DNA of 64,000 nucleotides, from the NCBI RefSeq assembly GCF_006345805.1, contig NC_043013.1, forward strand, positions 41,168,001-41,232,000, read 5' to 3'. Both the position numbers and the translations under genes were made by a program. The notes under the pieces are model-generated. The model was not told the origin of the DNA, made no database searches, and saw only the letters and a list, made by a program, of their open reading frames with translations. The first letter of the stretch is position 1, and each line of letters begins with the position of its first letter. This DNA comes from Octopus sinensis. Its lineage: Eukaryota. Shown here one piece after another: positions 53,787 to 64,000 of this stretch.

Positions 53787-54400
53787 CACGACACAAAACT
53801 TGCCTCTCAATTCTCACACCTTCCTTTTCAAGTGGTACTTGAAAAAGTTGACGAGTGATTGGCCAGAGAGGTAAGTGTTTTCTCTAATTCTTTCACTCGA
53901 GTGAAAGAATTAGAGACAACACTACCTCTCTGGCCATCACTCGTCAACTTTTCAGTACCACTTGAAAAGGAAGGTGAGAATTGAGAGGCAAGTTTTGTGT
54001 CGTGAAAATTCCAAAAAACAGGTGGGATACTGTAGCAAAGATGGTGCGTGCGAGTGACGAAACCACCTTGATCATGATCCTGTAATCTAAAAAAAAAAGG
54101 AGAGAGAGAGACCACTTTGCTCTCATATGTTTATTCCCTCCATGCCTGAGGTTACCGTGGTCTTTTCCGTAGGCTTTTCTTTCCGCGGATAAACCTAATC
54201 TTACTTTTTGCATTTTTAAAATTCTTCTGTGTTACACTATCCCGTTTGATCACTTTCGTTGTTTTTATCCCCGATTCATTTTGATCGGAATTTTACCTTT
54301 TTTTTTTATTCTCCTCCCCCTTTTTTTCATTTTCGAACAGAAAAGCTCTATATTTGTATTTGTCCCCTCTGTGTTCAGCCCTGTGTGACCAATAAAGCAA
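53787..54400 (+). mobile_element. Tx1/L1-like LINE 3' end with a 5' fold-back palindrome
   Basis: 53899-54400 is colinear with 57487-57975 of the longer copy. 53787-53898 is the reverse complement of 53899-54004. Confidence 0.88.
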
Positions 54401-54401
54401 G

Positions 54402-54468
<67 letters not shown>

Positions 54469-54475
54469 CTATCTA

Positions 54476-54562
<87 letters not shown>

Positions 54563-54585
54563 CTATCTATCTATCTATCTATCTA

Positions 54586-54633
<48 letters not shown>

Positions 54634-54677
54634 TCTTTCTCTCCTTTTACGATCCCTTTTGATCGAAACTCCCCCTT

Positions 54678-54718
<41 letters not shown>

Positions 54719-54819
54719 CTTCAAAAGAAAAGCTCTACCTTGTAATTTGTTCTATCTGTGTGCAGCCCTGTGTGGCTAATAAAGAAACATATCTATCTAT
54801 CTATCTATCTGTCTATCTT

Positions 54820-54889
<70 letters not shown>

Positions 54890-54963
54890 AATCTATCTAT
54901 CTGTCTGTCTGTCTGTCCGTCCGTCCGTCCGTCCGTCTATCTATCTATCTATCTATCTATCTA

Positions 54964-55032
<69 letters not shown>

Positions 55033-55137
55033 GTCTATCTTTCTTTCTGTCTGTCTATCTATCTATCTATCTATTTATCTACCTATTTATCTATCTATAT
55101 GTCTATTTATCTATCTATCTATCTATCTGTCTATCTG

Positions 55138-55222
<85 letters not shown>

Positions 55223-55232
55223 ATAGCTATCC

Positions 55233-55290
<58 letters not shown>

Positions 55291-55300
55291 ATAGCTATCC

Positions 55301-55385
<85 letters not shown>
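54400..55385. repeat. Compound (TCTA)n/(TCTG)n array containing a third Tx1 3' UTR fragment (about 54625-54790)
   Basis: Read directly; the inserted fragment ends gccctgtgtggctaataaagaaaca followed by (TATC)n. Confidence 0.9.
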
Positions 55386-55386
<1 letters not shown>

Positions 55387-57975
55387 AAAATTCGTAGGGC
55401 CGACCATCCAAGCCTGGTGACTTGTCTCTCGCGCAGCCTACCATCGCATCCTGTACGTCCGCAGCTGTGATAGGCTTTTCACAAGACTCCACCTCCCTTG
55501 CTGAGAGTCGTGGCATGCCTTGCCACGACTCTCAGCAAGGGAGGTGGAGTCTTGTGAAAGCCTATCACACTGCGGACGTACAGGAGCGATGGTAGGCTGC
55601 GCGAGAGACAAGTCACCAGGCTTGATGGTCTGCCCTACGATTTATTTTCATATGCCCAGACTTGTTTGGAGGCGTCTTGGCAGCTGTCTACTGCAACTGG
55701 CAGCAGAACGGGAGTATTCCTGCTTTTGTAAAGCGAGGAGCAGTGGCACTGATCAAGAAGACCCAACAAGGGGGCGTCATAGATAATTTCAGGCCCATCA
55801 CTCTGCTCAACGCAGATTTGAAAATTTTGGCCAAGGTGTTAGCCGAGAGGTTGGCGCTTGTCATCAAGAAACTAATCGACAAGGCGCAAACATGCGCCGT
55901 GCCGGGTAGAAGTATTCATGACAACCTCCATCTGATGCGCTACATCATAGACAGGGTAGTTAAAAATCCTGGCATGGGTGGGCGCTGATCAATTTGGATC
56001 AATCAAAAGCCTCCGATAGGGTAGACCATCACTACTTGGAGGCTGTCCTCAAAGCGGCTGGTTTCGTTCCAGTTTTCCGCGGTGGATCGCTGCCTTATAC
56101 AGCGGCATCCGCTCAGTAGTTCCGCGTAAATGGTCATCTATCCAGACCTTTTAACATCATGCGTTCGGTTCGTCAGGGATGCCCCCTCTCATCGCTGCTG
56201 TATGTACTGACTCTTGAGCCACTACTGCGGAAACTGGCGACGCTGAGGGGCATCCCACGAGAGCTGGGATGCGGGAGGAGCGTGTCTGCAATACGCGGAT
56301 GACGTCACCGTCATAGTGTCGAGCTACGAGCACATCGAGCTGGTCGGCGAGACACTGAAAGAATACGAAGGCGGTAACGGGAGCAAAAATTAACCGGGAA
56401 AAGTCAGTGGGCTTGCGGCTCGGCACCTGAGAAGCAAGCCCATGCCGTCCAACAGCGTCTCCATCGTGGGACGCTGGACGGACGGACCGGTTAAATTGCT
56501 CGGGTCTGGTTCTGTCCGGACCTCCAAATGGAGAAGAACTGGGGCGAGGATAACGACTAGGGTGGCTACTCTCACCCAGAAATGAGACTGAGAGAAAGCT
56601 ATCCCTAAAAGGTCGGGCTGGGTGGCGAACGCGTACATCGCATCCGTCATCGAGTACCGTCTGACCGTCGTGCTTGTCCCGACCCTACCATCACCAAACT
56701 GGAACGCATACTACTCTTCCGCTTGTGGAAGGGAAACGTTCCGATGGTTAGGCGTCCATTTGCTGCCAACACCCGCTAAATGGAGGGCTGGGCATGCCGT
56801 GGTTGATGATGCGCAGACATGCGCTTGAACTGCGACATCTCCGGCGCTTCATAGACAACGGTGAACCGGGGTGGTCGCCTTTTGTGCGGCGCGCTTTCCC
56901 GCAGCTCGTCTCCTTGGACGAACTACAGTCATGGATCAAGCAGAGACCGAGGCTAGGCGAATGGCACCGTGAGTGTCGCGTTGCTCTCAAGCAACTCTGC
57001 CGTCCGGGATCGAACTTGTGCGACTCCATCACAACAAAGCATTCTATAGAGGATTAGTGGAGGGGAGGTGCGACGACGAACTCGGGCAGAGTCTGGGCGT
57101 CGACGAGGAACACCTGACCCGCCTGTTCAGGACAACTTTCGGGCCGGGACCTATGAACAATCACCAAAGATCCCTGGCCTGGCAGTGCTATCGAGAAGCA
57201 TTACCTGTTCGGATAAGCTCTACAGACACGGTTCCAGACACACTGGACCGACTTGCCCGAGATGCGGTCAGAGCGACGAAACCGTTCTGCACGCACTCGT
57301 GCAATGTCCAACCATTTCCGACCTGTGGGCTTATGCCGACGGCTGCTGTTGTCACGTGTGGGACGAATCCGCCTATCGCCGAGTCTATCGTGAGAATTGC
57401 TGCTCCGCCCCCTTCCCTCAACCGGGAAGGCAAGCAGTTTTTCAATCGTACTGGTGGCCATGGTGAAAGAATGTTGTGTGTGGACTCGAGCGAAAGGATT
57501 AGAGACAAACACTTACCTCTCTGGCCAATCGCTCATCAACTTTTTCAGTACCACTTGAAAAGGAAGGTGAGAATGGAGAGGGAAGTTTTGTCTGCGAAAG
57601 ATTCAAAAAAAGATGGGTGAATGTTGCAAAGATTGTGCGTGCTAGTACGAAACCATTTTGAGCATGATCCTGTAGATCGTAAAAAAAAAAAAAAGAGAGC
57701 ATTTTTGACCTCATGTGTTTATTTCCTCCCTGACTGGGGTTCCCGTGGTCTTTTCTGTAGGCTTTTCTTCCCACGGATGAACCCAATCTGTTATATCAAT
57801 GTTACACCATTATTTCTGTGATACACGATTTCTTTTTTTTCTTTTTTTCTCCTCTCGATCCCTTTTGATCGCAATCTACTTATTTTTAGTTTTTTCCCAC
57901 CCTCGAAAAGAAAAGCTCTGCATTTGTATTTGTCCCCTCTGTATTCAGCCCTGTGTGGCTAATAAAAGAAAGTTA
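55385..57975 (+). mobile_element. 5'-truncated Tx1/L1-clade LINE ORF2 (RT and zf-RVT) with 3' UTR and a 5' fold-back palindrome
   Basis: DKSPGLDG.PYEFY, NFRPITLLNADLKILAKVLAERL, QTCAVPGRSIHDN, SVRQGCPLS.LLYVL, YADDVTV, CCHC CPRCGQSDETVLHALVQC. Many frameshifts. Ends aataaaagaaagt followed by (TATC)n. Confidence 0.92.
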
Positions 57976-58284
57976 TCTATCTATCTGTATGTATGTACAT
58001 ATGTATTGAAATAAGCAAAAAGTGTATTATTGTATTCTTTTTTTGTGGTTTATACTTTTATGTTTCAAGGAGAAATCTGGCAATGAAATAAAATTATTCG
58101 TACATATTTTGCCCGTTCACCAGATGGAAAAGGCTCATTATTAGAAGAGCACATCTGGCTTCAGAGACTCTGGTGTCGCTCCATGTAAAAAAAAAACAAA
58201 AAAAAACACCACTAACTAAGGAAACCACCCGGTCGTGCTTCCAACTTCAAAGGCATCTGTCAAAACAACAAAGCGGTAGTATCA

Positions 58285-58749
58285 GCAACGTCATCACCAC
58301 CACCACACCACCACCACCACCACCACCACCACCACCACCACCATCACGACAACCACCACTACCAACACCACTACCAACACCATCATCATCATCATCATCA
58401 TCATCATCGTCGTCAACAACAACCAACACCAACACCACCACCACCACTACCACCACCACCACCAGCACCACACCACCACCACCATCACGAAAACCACCAC
58501 TACCAACACCATCATCATCATCATCATCATCATCCTCATCGTCAACAACAACCACCACCACCACCACCACCTCCACCTCCACCACCACCACCACCACCAC
58601 CACCACCTCCACTCCACCACCACCACCACCACCACCACCACCACACCTCCACCACCACACCACCATCACCACCACCACCACAACCACAACCACCACCACC
58701 ACCACCACCACCACCACCACACCACCACCACCACAACAACAACACAACC

Positions 58750-58787
<38 letters not shown>

Positions 58788-58790
58788 AAC
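58285..58790. repeat. Compound (ACC)n/(ATC)n/(AAC)n array with an internal higher-order duplication
   Basis: The unit ccatcacga(c/a)aaccaccactaccaacacc(atc)n cgtcaacaaca occurs twice (about 58341 and 58482). Confidence 0.9.
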
Positions 58791-58949
58791 AACATTAATA
58801 CCAACACCTGCGCCGCTTATGTTGTCGCTCTCTTCTAAATTTTAATTTTTAATATTTCATTCTGGTGCTTAAGTAAATTTAAGTGTGAAATTTGTTACAT
58901 ATATAGACAGTTAATTGCGTTTGGAGAAACTTCACAGCTGGTCATATAC

Positions 58950-59270
58950 ACATGTGTTTATATGTGTGTGTTTAGCAAGCGATCACGTGATCGACCAGAC
59001 TATCAGATGCCGTTATACATCGCTGGTCACAATGCGCTTTGCATCGTTTTACCTTTCGATTCGAACGATGCCACACCCTCTGCCCCACCCGCACCTTAGG
59101 GGCTAGTCCGTCACAGGATTACCCATTTGCAGGGTAGGTAGATAGGAGCAACGTGAAATGAAGTGCTTTTGGTCAAGGAGGACACGACGCATCGGTCAGT
59201 CCTCGAACCGAACCTGTGATCTTTTGATCTGGAGCGCAACACCCTAACCACTAGGCCACACACATTCACG
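58950..59270 (-). mobile_element. SINE family C variant (same head, different body)
   Basis: Shares ggagcaacgtgaaat(g)aagtg and ctaaccacta(g)gccac with 31355-31676. Confidence 0.7.
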
Positions 59271-59399
59271 CACACATGCACATACATATGTATACATATA
59301 TACGTACAATTACACTCATACATATACACACAAGCATACACATACACACACATATCCATATTTAAATGCATGAAAGTATGTAATATATGTAGCTATTCT

Positions 59400-59651
59400 T
59401 TTATTCTTTTATTCTTTCACTCTTTTATTCTGTCACTTGTTTCAGTCATTTGACTGCGGCCATGCTGCAGCACCGTCCTAATGGGATTAGTCGAAGAAAT
59501 CGGCCCCAGGATTTATTCTTTGTAAGCCTAGTAGTTTTTGCCGAACCGCTAAGTTACGAGGACGTAAACACACCAACATCGGTTGTCAAGAATGGTGGGG
59601 GTAACAAACACGGACGCAATGACACAAACGCATAAATACACACACGCGCAT

Positions 59652-59691
<40 letters not shown>

Positions 59692-59863
59692 ACATATATA
59701 TATATATATATAAACGACGGGCTTCTTTCACTTTCTGTCAACCCAATCCACTCTACTATAGCCCAACGCTATAGTAGAAAACACTTGCTCTAGGTGCCAC
59801 GCAGTGTGACTGAACTCGGGACCATGTGGTTGAAAAGCAAGCTTCTTACCACAGTGCTACGCC
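59400..59863 (-). mobile_element. SINE family A
   Basis: Reverse complement of the consensus. Confidence 0.85.
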
Positions 59864-59944
59864 ATACACACATACATGCATACATACATACATACATACA
59901 TACATACATACATACATACATACATACATACATACATACATACA

Positions 59945-61321
59945 AGCGGTAGAGGCTTAACATCGATCCAAAACGCTTTTGAATGTCGCATCATATCCCT
60001 TCGGCAACATCTTTTAACCACCAAGTGCATCGCTTGACCAACTTTGCATATATGAGGATGATAACATTATAAGACTTGGAAGACTGCTCCTTGAGCAACA
60101 CTCTTTGTCTGATAACTTGGAATACATGCGCAAAAACGTCGCAAACTCAACTGCATTGTATCGTCAGATGAAAAGATGAGCCTATATGAGTAGAAGACTA
60201 TGCATGGATATGTTAGTAGGGAGCTCCGTGATGATAGTAACATCGATCATCAAAGCAGTTTATCATAGACCAATAGCCGGATTACTACCTCCCACTTTAA
60301 AGAGTAAACGTTTGCAATCCAGGAACAGGAAATATCAACCAAATACCTGATACACAAAAGGGATAGAGATGCAGGATAAACCGTAAAATGTGACAACCGA
60401 TGCAGACTTAGTGGAGTTCATACTGAAAATATCACCCACATCATAAGCAGATGTTCAAAAATGTCATCACGATATTATCAACCGATGAGACATGACGTTG
60501 TACCTAGGACACGCTGTAATGAAATCCGTCGGAAGATAATCCCAAGCACAATGAAATAAGAATCTACAAAATGGTAGCAACCATAGCCACTCATAATGAA
60601 AAGAAATACTCGTGGAATGTATCAGTGAAGATTTCAATGATATGTAAGCACGACAGATCTGATATAATAATTTGGGATAGAGAAGAGAAACTGTGCGGAG
60701 TTGTGGAAATTTGCTGCCCAGTGAATGTTAACATAAAGCTGAAGATCAGTGAAAAAGCGAACACCTATGCTAAACTATTGAGAAATCTGCAGTTACTCTA
60801 TCCAGATTACAAGGTCAGATTTGTACCTGTAATTATTAGGGCCATGGGATATGTTACACACTGCATAAGTACCAATCTTGAGAAATTAGGCTTCTCAAAA
60901 CCAAAAAGGAGAAAGCTAATTCGAAGACTACAGATCCAATCCATCACTGGAACTGTAAAAGTCTGTAAAATTTTCCAGAAGTTTATCATTTAAATATATA
61001 TGAGCATGTCTAGATATGCAACTATATGCATGAGAATGCATACATAAATATTACAAATCTACACATACATACATACATACATACGTACATACATATATAC
61101 ATTCATTCATACAGACACATACATACGTTCATACATACATACATATGTTACATACATACACACATACATACATACATACATACATACATACATACATACA
61201 TACATACATACATACATAACCTGTTGTTGATGCTGAAATTCCAATGAAGGAGCCGTAGATCTAGGTTAGAAACCGGTTCTTTTCCTATTAGCAACAAATT
61301 TTGAAATAAACTGAATAATGA
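59945..61321 (+). mobile_element. 5'-truncated RLE-bearing non-LTR retrotransposon (R4-like, distinct family) embedded in (CATA)n
   Basis: GRGLTSIQNAFECRII, KTMHGY, FAIQEQEISTKYL, CCHC-like CRLSG..TENITHIISRC, RLE CKHDRSDIIIWDREEKLC.VVEICCP..VNI..KISEK..TY. (TACA)n ends at 59944 and resumes at 61322. Confidence 0.82.
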
Positions 61322-61398
61322 CATACATACATACATACATACATACATACATACATACATACATACATACATACATACATAAATACATACATACATGC

Positions 61399-61490
<92 letters not shown>

Positions 61491-61491
<1 letters not shown>

Positions 61492-61883
61492 GCCCTGATG
61501 CAGTGCTAGTCAGTGGCGTTCATAGCTTCTAATCTTAACTGATTGGAAGTGTTATCATGTACATTGTTTTCTCTTGGTATAAAAGATGGGCTACAGCAAA
61601 TATTCTGTTCAATACCACAGATTTGCTTGTCAGTTGTTTGAGCTTAACCAGTTGAGCATGTCCTTAGTGGCTGACGGTATGTGCATCTCTGATCACGAGC
61701 AAAAGTTGTGGGGGAGCATCATAGTCATGTGTTGAGAGGAATTCTTTAGGGTTTCAGTAATTCCCCTCTAGAAACATGGGTGTTTCGTTCAACAACCCGT
61801 ATTCAGGGACCTTTTGAGCGGGATGGGCTACTCGACCCGAAGAAAATTCTAACTGAGCCCCAATTGCAAGGTCATGCGCTGTT
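61491..61883 (-). mobile_element. Non-coding retroposon-like repeat ending in an (ATT)n tail
   Basis: On the minus strand the unit ends ...ctgcatcagggcattt followed directly by (ATT)n (61398-61490). There is no ORF. Recognised from memory as a common repeat of this genome type. Confidence 0.45.
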
Positions 61884-63157
61884 AATCTTGATACGAAATC
61901 ACCATATTGTGCACTTATATTTGCGATGCACGAGTCTGATGTACCCTTATCAGAAGGTTAGACATGATGGGTATATTGGACTTCGTATATTTTACCCTAG
62001 TGTCACTTTGATGGCATGTACCTCTCTCTCTCTCACACACACACACACATATATATGCATATATGTACATAGATATATGCATGCATATATACCTGCTAAC
62101 ATACACACATATCTATGTTTAAGGATGTCTGTTTTATTATCTATTAAAAAGAGAAAAAAAACTGTGGTGAATCGGCAGTGTTGATAGGGCATCATATAAA
62201 AAATTGCCTGCAATATTTGTTTCAGCTCTTTATGTTCTAAGTTCCAATACCGCCATAATCAACTTTGCCTTACATCTTTCGAGGATCAATAAAATAAAGA
62301 AAAAAACCGTCAAATACTGGGATCGATATAATCAACAAATACTCTCGACAAATTTCGGGTCTTATGCGTATGTTAGAAAATAAACAAGCTGATTACACAC
62401 ACAACATATATATATATATATAGAGAGAGAGAGACAGACAGACAGAGAGATAAAGGCTATTATGTGGGTAAATAAATTAAATATAACAGCTTATGTTTGA
62501 TATACAAACATATATATGTGTGTGTGCATATGCTATATATATATGTATATGCAAAAGGTAAGACAGCAAGCACTGATGATTTTGGGACGATATTTAAGTA
62601 TAAATATATATTACGGAGATGTACTTGCATAGCAAGTGACCTGATCTGAGATCGTGTGCTGGAACGAAAACAATTGCAGCGTGGAAGGTGTTTATAAGCC
62701 ATGTAAGAAACACACACAAACCGTTAGATACACTTCAACATTTAAATTTAATTTGCCAAAATATTTTCGTCGCTTTGAGATCGCGGTCTATTCACTGACA
62801 AAATTCCGTGCTAGATATTTATATATTAATATATAAAACTTACACGAAGTACAAACGACAGACAAAATTAAAGGGGATGCAAGATTTTATAAGTTCAACA
62901 GCGGTTTCTGGGGAGGGGGAGATCTATCCTAATGTTGGTATATTTAGTTCACCACAATATGCGGCCAGTAATAGAAGCAGATCTGTTCACCCAGATTCCT
63001 CTTATACCCACTCTTTACCTCATGGAATTGGTCCCTCGTAACAACATCAGAACCCAAGTTCGAATCATTTGAGCGCTACTAAGTATGTCCTATACCGAGA
63101 ATCTCTGGATGTCATCTGTTGACTATACACACACACATACATACATACATACATACA

Positions 63158-63190
<33 letters not shown>

Positions 63191-63364
63191 TCTATTTTTA
63201 TACAACATAACAATATTTTTTATAAACAGTCACCCTTAGTTCCCCAAGATAAAATTTCCTCTGTATTAAAATCCTAGGTTTCTTAGCATTTTGCCCCTTT
63301 AACTGGTAATTAATATCATGATTTAGAGTCTTTCCCTATGCAGCCTCCTTTTACAGACAGTTAC

Positions 63365-63785
63365 TCTATATCCTTGTTTGTCCTCTCTGTGTTTAGCCCC
63401 TTGTGGGTAGTAAAGAAATAGGTATTTCGTCTGCCGCTACGTTCTGAGTTCAAATTCCGCCGAGGTCGACTTTGCCTTTAATCCTTTTGGGGTTGATTAA
63501 ATAAGTACCAGTTACTTACTGGGGTCGATATAATCGACTTAATCCCTTTGTCTGTCCTGGTTGTCTTCTCTGTGTTTAGCCTCTTGTGGGTAGTAAAAAA
63601 TAGGTATTTCGCCGGTCTTTGCATCCTAAGTTCAAATTCCGTGGAGGTCGACTTTGCCTTTTATCCTTTCGGGGTCGATTAAATAAGTACCAGTTTCGCA
63701 CTGGGGTCGATGTAATCGACTTAATCCCTTTGTCTGTCCTTGTTTGTCCTCTCTATGTTTAGTCCCCTGTGGGCAATAAAGACAT
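63365..63785 (+). mobile_element. Tandem concatemer of SINE family B (alternative tail): one tail plus two units
   Basis: The junction aaa(g/a)aaata|ggtatttcg occurs at about 63420 and 63602, and both units start at the same internal head position. Confidence 0.9.
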
Positions 63786-64000
63786 ATATATGTGTATGTA
63801 TATACAGGTGTTTGTTTATAAGTAAATACTTGGATCTGCATCAGTGTGTGTGTGTTTGTGTGTGTGTGTGTATGTATGTCTATCAATGTATGCGCATATC
63901 TATGTGTGTGTGTGCGTGTGTGTGTATTTGCATGCTTATACTAATGCCTGCAACTATATGCACATGTGTGTTTGTCCGTTAACTAGAGGCTGTTTCGTTT

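Noticed and set aside
58173-58838. Pro/Thr/Ser/Gln-rich 221-aa ORF resembling a mucin or extensin
   Set aside because: It is made entirely of trinucleotide repeats, open in several frames on both strands, with no non-repetitive domain.
62615-62815. Possible hammerhead-like fold on the minus strand (agtgaa...gcgacgaaa)
   Set aside because: The core does not match CUGANGA and there is no linked Penelope coding sequence.
63365-63785. Regularly spaced repeats resembling a CRISPR array
   Set aside because: The units are ~180-bp SINE copies with no unique spacers, in eukaryotic context with no cas genes.

Overview
Eukaryotic, AT-rich, microsatellite-saturated DNA with no convincing host protein-coding exon. 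It reads as an intergenic or intronic transposon graveyard. The repeat content (three tRNA-headed SINE families, Penelope, R4/Dong, Tx1/L1, CR1, Tc1/mariner, pogo, piggyBac and Helitron relics) resembles an octopus/coleoid genome; this is inferred from remembered repeat consensuses, not from a search. A 100-N scaffold gap lies at 12496-12595. Main signals: (1) two separate 5'-truncated copies of one Tx1/L1-like LINE each begin with a 105-130 bp fold-back palindrome at the truncation point; (2) two CR1 LINE 3' ends carry the same tail as the commonest SINE, pointing to its partner LINE; (3) retroelement families are each tied to their own microsatellite (Tx1 with TATC, R4/Dong with TAA, a second RLE LINE with CATA, Penelope with TA); (4) an intron-containing piggyBac is nested in a Tc1 element; (5) there is a GG-terminal MITE family with 8-bp TSDs; (6) five perfect AP-1 sites cluster within 700 bp. 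Most ORFs in the supplied track are simple-repeat artefacts. Boundaries not defined by a TSD or TIR are approximate (about +/-20 bp).
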